Source of the DNA: Chiloscyllium plagiosum
Taxonomy: Eukaryota
Assembly: GCF_004010195.1 (NCBI RefSeq)
Contig: NC_057756.1
Location: 7,209,063 to 7,250,030, forward strand
Length of the DNA stretch: 40,968 nucleotides
Reading direction: 5' to 3'
In this document: piece after piece, positions 12,879-24,296 of the stretch
How positions within the stretch are numbered: the first letter of the stretch is position 1
Layout: each line of letters begins with the position of its first letter
Program-made: the position numbers and the translations under genes
The notes under the pieces: model-generated
What the model saw: the letters and a program-made list of their open reading frames with translations, nothing else
Database searches by the model: none
What the model was told of the DNA's origin: nothing

Positions 12879-13523
12879 TGTTATGAACCAGGCCAGATCC
12901 CCTCAAAACATTACAAGAAGGTAGCCCAGACCCTAACATTTCAATTTTTTTGAACAATTCTGTGACGGATGTTCCAGGAGAGAATCAGCTGGTCAAACAA
13001 CTTCGTTTTAAACATAACAAAATTAATTTAAATGATTACTGAATGAAATACAAACAGCAAAAACGCAGAATACCGAATATCCTAACATCTCTGAAAACCC
13101 AATAGATTACCCCAAATTGATGATGGTGTTCCAAATGCTTGCAACAATCCCCATAAACACCCCTTGGCACAAAAAGTAAAACCAAACATAGGTTCTTACA
13201 TGATAGATGTCAGAGAGAGAGCGAGAGAGAGTACCAACCTGGACCTGCTTCTTTGGGTGCAGCCGTTCTTTCCAATACTTCTAAAATTCAAACCAAACCA
13301 GAGACAAAATTAGCTGGGAGAACTGGTCACTCCCATTTCATTGTACAAGTTTTTTTTAATTGAAAGCCTTCTGACTGAGACATTATCTGTTAGCTATTAT
13401 CAAATTGTACCTAAAACCTTTCAACCCCTTCAACAGACTTTCTAGAGTCTGTGCCATTTACTCCACTCTGAGAAAAAAAAGCCAAGGACACTATAAACTC
13501 TTTACAGGAGAAGCTTCATCACA
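12879..13523. mobile_element. Solo-LTR-like insertion
   Basis: TG...CA termini (tgttatg...catcaca). Absent from the paralogous site (~19735). Related to 17923 and 20150. Confidence 0.7.
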
Positions 13524-13795
13524 GAAAGGATGTGATCTGACTGACAAGAAATTGCTGACCAATGGTTGATAGATTTTCAGGCAGCCAATCTACCGCTTCT
13601 CAAATCATTGTGAGGAGACAATGTTATAGTCATTTCTTCAACACTATCTCCTACACTCTGCCTGAAGAATAAAGTGGAAGATGTGAATCCCCAATTTGGA
13701 AATGGTCACTTTTCCAGAGCAATTGAGCTAAAGAGAACAAATCTGAAGTTGTTCAGTGATTAGGTGGGCGATTGAGCGGAAATACGTATACCTAC

Positions 13796-14086
13796 ATTCG
13801 ACATGGACCTGAAGAGTTTCTTGACCGATCACCACTCCAACAGCCCCTGTAAATTTCCACAGCAGGTTCCGTCAGTGATTGTCAGCTGAAAGAGTGAAGG
13901 TGAACGTTGATAAAGCAATCCATGAATTCGCTAAATGTTTCCTGATTTTACCTAAAGCCTGAATAGGAGTTAGATTCGGTCCCTGTGTCCAAGTCAAATC
14001 AAAATCGCAACTGTGGGTGACTGAACAGATCAGGCCCACTGGTTTACCAACAAACAATTGTGCAGAGACGGCGACTTGAGGGTTCT
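13796..14086 (-). pseudogene. Siglec-type second Ig (C2-set) exon, unit A
   Basis: ctgatag|ag acceptor, t|gtaggt donor, 291 nt phase 1-1. ENPQVAVSAQLFVGKPVGLICSVTHSCDFDLTW..STFTFTLSADNH*RNLLWKF..ETLQVHVE. CSVxHSC and a DHG.NL.C-like motif match Siglec domain 2. TGA at 13872-13874; second Cys replaced by Trp. Confidence 0.85.
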
Positions 14087-14689
14087 CTATCAGTGGAAAT
14101 GATAAATAGCATAACTAGAGATTCCAATGTCTATATTCTGGAGGGACGCGCAAACAATGATAAGTAAATGGATGACGACATTTTCTTCTTCATCTTTGCT
14201 GCAGTCTAAGCTTCCTCGGACTGCGAGATTTAAGAAGAACGTACGTGTACTCCATTACTAATCGCTCACACCTCCCCTTTTCAGTCCTGATAGTTTATTT
14301 GTAATGTTCATCATTCAATATTCTTGTTTAGGAGATATAATTTGATGCGTAAAGAGACACGGTGTATTAATTAACGGGGAAAATACAGTCACTGTAAAAC
14401 AATGATCTCCTTTTGATGATAAGTACTCACTCCACAGAATGTGTCCACTACCCAGAATTCCTCACTCCATTACACAGACCCCATTTCTTAGCCTTAAAAA
14501 TGCCATATTAACATTGAATAAAAATTTCTAATGGCTGTTTTGAAGGTTGCAATGCCCTTTGCGCATAGAACTAAAGCCAGAAGCAGTCTCTGGTCTGCAT
14601 TGAGGATGTTACCAATCATTCGGATCTCCATGGACCAGGATTTGTTTGGACAAATCATCTAAGTTCAATATCTACCAGTACATCTCAGA

Positions 14690-15215
14690 GACTGGGAATT
14701 GTGCAGCAAGTAACTGGGATGCCAGGGAGGTGATTAGTGGGCCCCTTTCTGAGATATTTGTCTCATTAATATCAACAGCTGAGGTTTCAGAAGACTTCAG
14801 GTTAGCTCATGTGTTTCCATTATTTCAGAAAGATGGTAAAGAAAAGCCAGGGATCTATCGACTGGCGAGCCTGACGTCAGTACTGGGCAAATTGTTGCAG
14901 AGCCTTCTGAGGGATGGGATTTTCAGGTATTTGGAAAGGCAAGGACTGAGTAGAAAGAGTCAACATTCCATTTTGCTCGGAAAATCGTGTCTTACTAACT
15001 TGGTTGAGTTTTCTGAAGAAGTGACAAAGCATCTGACATAATTCTGCATGGCAAACTGTTTAGCAAAATTAAATCACATACAATTCAGTAGGAGTGAGCC
15101 AATACAAGATTGTTTTGAAGATAGGAGACAGAGTGTGGTGATAGAGGGTTGTTTTTCAGAATGGAGGCACGTGACCAGAGGTGTGCCACAAGGATCAGTG
15201 CTGGGACACTGCTTC
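14690..15215 (+). mobile_element. Old CR1 RT fragment (duplicated at ~21945-22490 and ~30415-30935)
   Basis: [37 protein letters not shown] remnants in the same flanking context in three copies. Confidence 0.8.
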
Positions 15216-15522
15216 TGAACCCATGACCTATGTATTGTGAATGACAGGGATGGAAGATAATGGAGACATCAATCCCTGTAAGTTGCCATGGCATCCACAC
15301 AACATTCAGATTTGGAAGGAGGTCGTCATGGAAGCTTTGGCGTTTGGTGAAAGTATTGATAGTCCCCCCCCCCCACCCCCCCCACCCTCATCTGAGTGTG
15401 GATACTCTAAGCTCCAGAAACAGCCACGCTTCAGGAAGGCAGATCACTCCGTCTGTTGGGAGTAGAATTATGTTTATACAATTAATGTTGGTCGAGTCAG
15501 CAATGACTACATCACATGCGCG

Positions 15523-15712
15523 AATTTTCACCCTGATGAATGACAATCTACATTTATCTTCCTGGCGTGTTTTATTCATGATGAACACTGATACTTTGTC
15601 AGTTTTCCCCTCCTTTCTGTTCTCTGTTTATATTCATACTTTCTGGATCTCTGGGACTGTAGACAATGATGCCTGGTTTTGGACCTCCCTCTAACCACAG
15701 AGTCGTTGGATT
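15523..15712 (-). pseudogene. Siglec V-set exon remnant (3' half), unit A
   Basis: RNPTTLWLEGGPKPGIIVYSPRDPESM / RTERRGKLTKYQCSS*IKH / FIRVKI across frameshifts. Homologous to 22865-23208. Confidence 0.7.
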
Positions 15713-16439
15713 TCTGCTTCTTGTTCATGATGAAATGAACTGTGTATTCTGTTGGGGTTCTGAGCTGTAGTCAGTCAGTTAAATCGGTTTATGTGCTATA
15801 CACATCATCACACATGTCACTGTCTTTGGAACAGTAGGGTTCAATGATCAGCCCAAACTGAGTTGTCACGAACTGGAAAAAGTGTGATTTGAAAACAAAA
15901 TCACAAGTTTAACTTGTTGGTAAGTGCTTTGAAGTACTGCAGGTTCTGGCAGACAGGAATGAAAGTAATTGAGCAACATTTGCACTTTTCGTAATGTCAA
16001 ACTGGTCATATTATAAAATTACATAAATATGTGAAAAGTTTTATCGTTAGAAAAATTCACTGTTGTTATTTGTATGTGAGGAATAAGTTTGTCTGTTTTC
16101 AAGTTTGTGACATGGAAGATGTTTGTGTCTTATTTCGAAAAACAGTAACTCAGTGAGTCAACTCCAAATATATTATGAGGTGGGCAGTCCCTGATGCATA
16201 ACTTCTATCAAACAACGGCATCACTCATTGGATGTTTCAGAGGTGGTCAGAACAATCTTTCCTCCACTAAGTTGCTTGTGCCCTGTTAGTCATTTAATGC
16301 TTTCAGTCTTAAAGGGCAGCCTATGAAACGTCAGTTTAAACATACCAACTATAAACTCATACCTCTGCAATTTCACTGCAATAGAATCAGACTGATAATG
16401 GCCAAAGCTGTTCTTGCGAGTCTGACAATTATCCAGGTA

Positions 16440-17340
16440 CAGAATTATCCAGGGCAGAAGGGTTATTTGCAATGATAGACCGAGTTGTTTTCGTAATGGA
16501 GTTAGCGGTCTCAAGCAATTAAATTTCAGGACATGTCTGAAATGCAGCAAGACCTAAACATCCAGACTTAGACTGACAAGTGGTAGGAAATAATCAAGCT
16601 GCACAAATGCCAGGCAATGACCATCTCCAATAACGGTTGTCTTCTAAGAAATCGATTGTATCACTATACTTTTTTGCCACGGTCAACATTCTGGGGTTTA
16701 GCATTGGACCGAAATTCAATTATGCTTGTCATATAAATGTAGAGGTGACAAGGACAGTCAAGAGCCTGGGAATATTCAGGAAATAACTCATCTTCTGAAT
16801 CACCAAAGCCAGTCCACCATCTACAACACACAAGTCAGGAGTTTGGTGGAACACTCCTCCCTTGCTTGAATGAGTACTCTTGCAAATGCACTCAACAGTC
16901 TTGATACCATCGAGGACATAGCAACCTGCTTGATTGGCATTACATTCATGAACATCCACTCCCTCGACCCTCCATGTTCAGGAAAAGCATTGTGTACCTT
17001 CTAAAAGATACACTATTGAAATTCACCAAGGCTGTTAAGACAGCACTCTCCAAACCAGCGACCACTTCCATCGTGAAGGATGAAGAGCAGATTCATGGGA
17101 AAACCATTTTCTGTACATTTGCTGACAAACTCCTTACAATCCTGACTTGGCAATATATCATTTTTGTTTCAGTATTGTTAAGTGAAAGATCTAGAAATCC
17201 CAACCAAGGAGGATACAGAGCGTACTTACAATACATGGACTGCAACGGTTTAAGGAGGCAGCTCAAGTGTAACTAGGGACAAGCAAAGGAATAATGGCCC
17301 TGCCAGCGATGCCAACCTCCAATGAAAGAAATAAAAATAA
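16440..17340 (+). mobile_element. Degenerate LINE 3' part with A-rich tail
   Basis: RT C-terminal remnants (tacaacacacaagtcaggagtttggtggaacactc); ends gaaagaaataaaataaaa. Related fragments at ~1530-1735 and 11040-11320. Confidence 0.6.
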
Positions 17341-17353
17341 AATTAGGGTGTAC

Positions 17354-17634
17354 CTGTTGAATTCAGCTGGTAGATAATGACAATACCATCATTCTCGTTC
17401 TTTGCCTTGCATATAATCAGCTCTCAAATCCATTTAGGTGAGTCAGTGTTAGAGATCACTGAAGCAGGCCATTATTCTCTGTCAGGAATAGACTCTAACA
17501 TTTGAAATGCTCCCAGTGATGTTTTTTTTTCCTCCGCTGATGTTACTTGTGATGTTTACTGGGAGATTGCAGATTCAAAAAAGCCTCATTCTTGGAACTA
17601 ACGCAGTTCAGACCAAATACTATTATATGTTCAT
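17354..17634 (-). pseudogene. Ig C2/I-type exon, unit B (paralog of 9703-9990)
   Basis: ctttag|at acceptor, g|gtacac donor. Pieces NLPVNIT, NNGLLQ*SLTLTHLNG, IICKAKNENDGIVIIYQLNST, with several frameshifts. Confidence 0.75.
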
Positions 17635-17922
17635 CTAAAGAAAAGGAGCAGATTCACATTATCATAAATGTAATCATCCACATATAATCTGTAGATTGTG
17701 GATGGCATTCTATTTAAGTAACTGGAGAAGTTAAGAAAATTTTCACTGACAGCAGTTTAAATACTAAGAGATAATAAATCGTCACCATCAAGTGGGTGCT
17801 GTTGTTAAGCAAAAATTAAGAATTATACCATATCCTGTCTGCTATAAATTTGTTCTCTCATTTGTTTTGGAACATGATCCTAAAAACATTTTATGAATGC
17901 TTCATTTCGGATATCTTTTCCT

Positions 17923-18720
17923 TGTTATGGACTCGGCCAGACCACTCAAAACATTTTTCAGCAGGCAGCCCCAGATCATAACTTCACAATTTGTTTCAGT
18001 AACTGTGCAGTGACAGTTACCTGGAGTAAGATAGTTAGGTTGACTACTAGACTTTTGAACAGACAAAAATCTATTCATAAAGTTACACAATGAAACACAA
18101 AGAACAGAATAAAAGAACCCCTACAAAACTCAATCGATCCAATTGGACTTAATCGTACTGCTCTGAATATACACAACAGACCCAACAAGCAAACACCCTT
18201 TTAAAGCATATAAAGGTGTCAATCTCAGTTTGGAAACGTTCACCTTTCGAGGTGAGCGGAACTAAAGAGAAAGAATCTGAAACTGTTTAATTATTGGATG
18301 GTTGAATAAAAAGGAAATGCAGCCACATGCAATTCACATTCAATCTATGAGTTTCTTGAGCATATGCTTACAGGTTCAAGTTGAAGGGCCGAAAGAGAGA
18401 GAGAGAGAGAGTTTCCACACAGCATTCTATTGAAATTCTTATCAGGTCAGAATGAACTAAAAACTGGTCAGCTCAACTAGAGAGCTAACCAATCCCCTTT
18501 CATTAAACAGGTCACTTCTAAACCATGACCACTTTGGCCTGAAGTCTCATCTGTTTGCATACAAACAAAAGGCCTCTTAAAATCATTTTCTTCTCTGTAC
18601 CAAACCAGACTAATTGGAGCCTGGCCCGGTTTATTACCCCTTTGAAACAAAAGCAAGTATAGAGTCTTCTTGAGCCAAGGAACAGCTTTTAGAGAATAAA
18701 AAGGGACTATCTTTGTGACA
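17923..18720. mobile_element. Solo-LTR-like insertion containing a 149-bp captured local fragment
   Basis: tgttatgg...ttgtgaca termini. Empty site in paralog (cttttcccatctg, ~11619). Degenerate 4-bp TSD tcct/cccc. Confidence 0.7.
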
Positions 18721-19989
18721 CCCCATCTGACATTAACAATCTTTATATGAAAACCTGCATGATTATGATCACAGCTTTCTGGCAAGGTTTCAGATTTCTT
18801 TAGTTATGCCGTAGCTTACCATCTCCTTACAGTTTGGGGGCTGCAGATGAATACCACAAGTAATTTTGTGCCTTTACCATTTCTCAGACGTATCAAAATA
18901 TGTTTCCACAACTTGATTTCGTGAACATAGGCCATCCCTCTCTGTTGTGCTAATGCCATCATTAGATAATTCACTTACCACATTCTTTTCTCTCTTCTTG
19001 TCATTCCAAAGTGTCCAGAAACCTTCAAGGTTAATGCCCTAATTCCTGTCATCATGAAGTTATGTCTCTCTAAAGGCTGCCAGATCATACTAATTCAATT
19101 ATCCTTGCGCTGTCAGAACATCTACTTTGTTTCTGATACAGAGTTCAATCAGATACAGAGCCTTCTGCTCCATCCCTTAGTTGTTTTTATAAATTCAACT
19201 TTCTCGGTTGATTGACACTTAAATTTCTTTTCTTCCTGTCACAGTCTATTTTTTATTTCTGACATTGAAATATTTGTCTTCGGCTTTAATTCACCCTTGA
19301 CTTAATATATTGTCCCAAGTTTGATATCTTCTCTCATCTACTCTGGTTTGAATTTTCTGTATTTTCCTCACTAGCAGGCAGCAAGAACACTAGCGGCAGC
19401 AAGTTCAGGTAGAATCTGTCCCATTTGTACACATTTCCACTTTCTGGATTTCTGATGATAGTGCACTCGAAACTGGAACCCCTTCTCTCCCACCAGTCTT
19501 TATTAAAGGCTATTTGGTCCATCATTTCTGCAACAGATCACCAAATGAAAAATACAACATTCTACAATACTTCTGCCTTTTCCCCATACCCTTGAATGTT
19601 GATTCTAATGAAATAACGATCTAAATTCAGCTTGAAAGCTTCAGTTGAACTTGCTCATCAGGTGTTAGCAATGTGTGAGATTATATTTGGGAAAAAAAAT
19701 GGATCTACCAATATAATTTCCGTGCCCAATTGGAATATACTCGATTAATTGAAAAGAAATTGCTGATCAATGATTAACAGGCTTACAGAGAGACGACATT
19801 TTCTGCTCAAGTCATCAGGACAGATGAAGGTGTTATTGTCATTTTTCATACCTGCCTGAAGATTACAATGGAAGGTGTCAATCTCAGTTTGGAAACGTTT
19901 ACCTTTCAAGGTGAGCAGAACTAAAGAGACAAAATCTGAAAGTGTTTAATTATTGGATGGTTGAATAAAAAGGAAATGCAGCCACATGC

Positions 19990-20893
19990 AATTCACATCC
20001 AATCTATGAGTTTCTTGAGCGATCCACTAGCCACTGTAAGTTCACAGAGCAGGGACAATCTGTAATGGTCGGCAGGTGTAGTGAGGAGCTATTTGGTATA
20101 ACAGTCCAGGAATTCTCGAAATTGGTCCTGAGTTGTACTGAAATCTCAGTGTTATGGAAGAAGCCAGACCCCCTCAAAACATTCCAAATGTCTGCCTAGG
20201 CCCTAACTTTTCTAGTTGTTTTAAGCAGCTTTATGGTGCATATTCCAGGATGCAGCTGGCCCAAAAACTCATTTTGTAGCAAAACAGCAGTTATTTATAG
20301 ATTACCGAATGAAACATGAACAAAAGAGAACCGAATCTCAAATAACTTAACCTATCTGAAAACTCAGTCGACTCTATTGCAACTTAATTATGCTGTTCCA
20401 AATTCGTCCAATATCCCCATAAACCACCACTTTGCAAATAACTAAATACATACACTGGTCGTTACAGGAGAGAAATACGAATCTAGGAACGTTTTTTCTC
20501 TTGAGCCGTTTTCTTTTACTAGCAGCAGCAAACAGATTACTTGCTAAAACCAAACCAAACCAGAAAGAAAAACTCTGAACTGAGTGAACTGACCACTCAC
20601 CTTCCATTATACAAGTGTTTAAAGAAAACTTAAAAGCTTTTTCAGGTAGATATTTCAGAACATATTGGAACCTCTGCTTTTATGACCCCTCTTGAAAAGA
20701 AAACCAAGCGCAAAATAACCTTGTTAAAGGAGAAGCATCGTCACAGCAAATCCTGATTGAATAGATATTAGACACAGCCCTGGTATCCATTTCAGTTCAA
20801 AACCACAATTTGAAAAACTGTGGGTGACTGAACAGTTCAGGTTCACTGGTTTTCCAGCAATAAATACACCAGAGACTGCAATTTGTGGTTTCT
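19990..20893 (-). pseudogene. Siglec-type C2-set exon, unit B, split by an LTR
   Basis: ctgacag|ag acceptor. EKPQIAVSGVFIAGKPVNLNCSVTHSFSNCGFELKW..[LTR 20150-20745]..NSWTV / PADHYRLSLLCEL / AQETHRLDVN. Donor position reads GC instead of GT. Confidence 0.8.
20150..20745. mobile_element. Solo-LTR-like insertion inside Ig exon
   Basis: tgttatgg...cgtcaca termini; similar along its length to 12879-13523. Confidence 0.7.
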
Positions 20894-21344
20894 CTGTCAG
20901 GGGAAAGCCAAAATAGCACAATCGAAGATTCCAAAGTCTGTACTCGAAACAGATTGCAACCAATAAAGAATAAGCGCGCGATGACATTTTATTCTTGATC
21001 TTTGCTACAGTCTAAGGTTCCTCAGAGTGACAGATTCAATAAGAATATACTTATACGACATTAACAGTCGCATTCCCCTCCCTTTTCTGGTCCAGATGTT
21101 TTATTTGCAATTATAATCATTCAATATTCTTGTTTGGAAGATAGAATTTGTTGTATACAAAGGTTCCTCAATGGTAACGTGTGTTAATTAGCAGGGAAAA
21201 TACACACAGTATGATGTCAATTATCTTCTATTGACAATAGTTAATTACACATCAGCATGTTTCCACTCTCCAGAATGTCTCATTCCATAAAGTAGATCCC
21301 ATTTCTTAGCCTTGCAATCACCATATAAACTAGGTTTTCCGAAG

Positions 21345-21553
21345 TGGAGAGTATAGTGCTGGGAAAGGACAGCAGGTCAGGCAGCATCGGAGGAGCAGGA
21401 GAATCGATGTTTCGGGCATAAGCCCTTCATCAGGATGGACTTATGCCCGAAACGTTGATTCTCCTGCTCCTCGGATGCTGCCTGACCTGTTGCGCCTTTC
21501 CAGGGCTACACTCTTGATTATGAGCTCCAGCATCTACAGTCCTCACTTTCTCC
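21345..21553. mobile_element. Palindromic Penelope-like-derived short element (older)
   Basis: Inverted arms; degenerate 14-bp TSD taggttttccgaag / taagttttctaaag. Confidence 0.75.
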
Positions 21554-21685
21554 TAAGTTTTCTAAAGGTTAGTTTGAAAGTTGCAATGCTCTTTCCACAT
21601 TGAAATAAGGTCAGAAGCGGTCTCTCAACCTGCACTGAGGTTGTTACAAATGAATTGGATCTCCCTTGACCAAGAGTTGATGGGA

Positions 21686-21885
21686 AAAAGTAAGGACTGC
21701 AGATGCTGGAGATCAGAGCTGAAAATGTGTTGCTGGAAAAGCGCAGCAGGTCAGGCAGCATCCAAGGAGCAGGAGAATCGACGTTTTGGGCTTGAGCCCT
21801 TCTTCAGGCTCATGCCCGAAGGTCGATTCTCCTGCTCCTTCGATGCTGCCTGACCTGCTGCGCTTTTCCAGCAACACATTTTCAG
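21686..21885. mobile_element. Palindromic Penelope-like-derived short element
   Basis: Inverted arms; perfect 15-bp TSD caagagttgatggga (21671-21685 / 21886-21900). Confidence 0.85.
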
Positions 21886-22864
21886 CAAGAGTTGATGGGA
21901 CAAGCCATAGAAATACAAGAGCTACTAACACAGGTCAAAGACTAGGAATTGTGCAGCAAACAAGCGGGAATCTAAGGAAGTGATTGATAGATCCCTTGCT
22001 GAGATATTTTTATCAATGATAGTCAGAAGGGAAGTGGCAGAACACTGTGTGTTGGCGAATAAGGTGCCATTATTTCAGAAAGGTGGGTAAGGAAAGGTCA
22101 GGGAACTTGAGACCGGTGAGGTTGATGTCATTGGTGTGCACGTTTTTGGAAGGGATTCTGAGGGGCAAGATTTACAGATATTTGGAAAAGCAAGGATTGA
22201 ATAGAGAGAGTCAACATGGCTTTGTGTATGGGAAATCATGTCTCAGTAGCTTGATTGAGTTTTCTGAAGAAGTGACAGAGAAATTGATGAAGGTAGATCG
22301 ATACACATTATGTATATGAACTCAGCAAAGCGTTTGACAAGGTTGTCCATTGTAGACTGGTTAGCAAGTTTCGATCACGTGAAAGCAAGGGAAAGCTAAC
22401 CAATTTGTTACAGAAATTGGCTTGAAGGTAGGAGACAGGCTGGTGGTGGAGGGTTGTTTTCAGAATGGAGGTGTTTAACTACCAGGGCGCTGAAGAATCA
22501 TTGCTGATACATTGCTTTCTGACCTATGACTTCCGGTATCGTGAGGGACAGGAGTGGCAGGAACTTGGGGACACCACACCCTAAAGAATCCATGGAAGCA
22601 ATATTCAGAATTGGAAGGAGTTCAGCACTGAAAGAAATGCACTGTGCCAAAATACTGAGGAAATCCCTCCCTAACCTCACTGTGGGTACTCTAATCTCCT
22701 GGAACTGACATGTTTGAGGAGTGCAGATCGCTCCCTCTTATGAAACTATGAATATTCAATGGATGTTGGTCCAGTCATCAATGACCACATCACATGCATG
22801 AATTTAAGAAAAAGACAGTCCTGAAATGAATGAAACTTCAAGCCAGAATATAGTCGGAGGCAGG

Positions 22865-23208
22865 AATATTGTTAATGTAGACATCCGATACATTCATGGC
22901 ATTCATAATCTTCACCCTGATGTAATAGTCTCCTTCATCTCTCTTCCTGATGTGTTATATTAACAATGAAGATTGTTGCTTTGTCAGGTTCTTCCTCAAT
23001 TCTGTTCCAACTTTAAATTCAGGTTTCATAGTGTCTGGATCTCTGGGACTATAGATACTGCTAACACTATGAGTTCCCTGTTCAGGACCTCCCTTTTACA
23101 GAGAATTTCCAGATTTCTGACACCGGCCAGATCCGATCTCTGCACATGACCCAATCACTGCCGAAACATTCCAGGGAACCTTCAGAGATCATCAGGAACT
23201 CTCGACAG
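22865..23208 (-). pseudogene. Siglec-like V-set Ig exon, unit B
   Basis: Strong acceptor tttttcttattcag|ct. One frame: AVESS**SLKVPWNVSAVIGSCAEI..IYSPRDPDTMKPEFKVGTELRKNLTKQQSSLLI*HIRKRDEGDYYIRVKI. GSC.I and D.G.Y..R are Siglec V-set signatures. Four in-frame stops; 3' boundary approximate. Confidence 0.8.
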
Positions 23209-23245
23209 CTGAATAAGAAAAATGGGTTAGACTTCCAGTGAAATC

Positions 23246-24155
23246 TGTAATGAGAGCAAAATTTGAACTAATACATTAAAATACAGTCGAATATTGTGGA
23301 CTAAATCTACAAACATCAACTATTACATAAATATCAATAACAATAACATACTCAGCAAATTATTACTGATAATTAACTCTTACAACATGGCAATGAACCC
23401 TTCTGCTAATTAAACCAAGCACCAAGAAAAGCTCACCTCGCCTTGTAATCTGCTAAGACACGAGTGACAGAGAATTCACAAATTCCAGTTTTTAAAGATA
23501 ATAATATTAATTTATTCCTTAACTCTAAAAGTGAACAGTAAACAAACACTATTCACAACTCTAAACCCCCATCTCCTAACTGCTTATTATCTGTCTGCAA
23601 CTCTGTAACAATATACTGTTGCAATAAAAACACTTATTAAAATTGCATCAACTTAATTTCAAAAGCACACAGTGGCTGTCGTCTCTGGTGTCTGTCTTCT
23701 TCCAGCTGACGATCTGCCTTGGTCATCTTCTTTCTTTTACTCCCAAGATGCTTCATATGAAAAAGATATCTTTGAGAGAGTGTTTTAGAATGAATCTTTC
23801 TTGATGGCAGGTACTCTCTCAATGGCAGTTGCTCTGTCTGACTTTTAAAATGACTGTATTTTAACCCTCATAATCAGATCATCTCATTGGTTCGATGTTG
23901 ACAAAAAACACAAACTCAAACTCGATTGGGCTTTGCTATCCTGGGGCAGAATTTAAACTGATTGTTTAAAATTGAATTGTTGCCAAAACAGCAACCAACT
24001 CAGGCATCTATTTCAAAGCCAAATGTTAAATATTTTCAATTTTCCAGTACACTCTGAGATTGTGAGCTAGTCATATGACAGGTGCTTGTAAGCTCTCAGT
24101 GCAAACTACATTCACTCTCTCTTAAAGGTACAGTACACATTTTAACTACATAACA
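23246..24155. mobile_element. Solo-LTR-like insertion
   Basis: tgtaatg...cataaca termini (TG..CA, short inverted repeat), ~900 bp, non-coding; no clear TSD. Confidence 0.55.
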
Positions 24156-24296
24156 TAACAAAGTACAATGAAAGCTCAGTTTGAAGAAATTAAAATGCAT
24201 ACTCCTGCATTTGTTTCAGTTTTTAACAAATTTCGCTCTGGACTCCAAATCTTAAGTTTTCATAGCATCTTGGCCAAGTTGCGAATCCATATCAGG

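Larger units (their letters stand above)
11320..15712. repeat. Tandem duplicated Siglec-like gene unit A (paralog of unit B, ~17620-23120)
   Basis: Shared anchors: ctaaagaaaaggagcagattcacat (11333/17635), ctagcaggcagcaagaacac (12258/19371), the C2 exon and ctggatctctgggact (15643/23035). Confidence 0.85.

Noticed and set aside
20985..21060. Faint resemblance to the GPCR TM7/helix-8 coding end inside the Siglec intron
   Set aside because: Short and gapped, and weaker in the paralog at ~14190; likely chance.
21581..21983. Recurrent ORFs 'CRCWRSELKMCCWKSAAGQAAS' (also 12532, 33695) as a small Cys-rich protein family
   Set aside because: They are translations of the palindromic repeat, bounded by TSDs.
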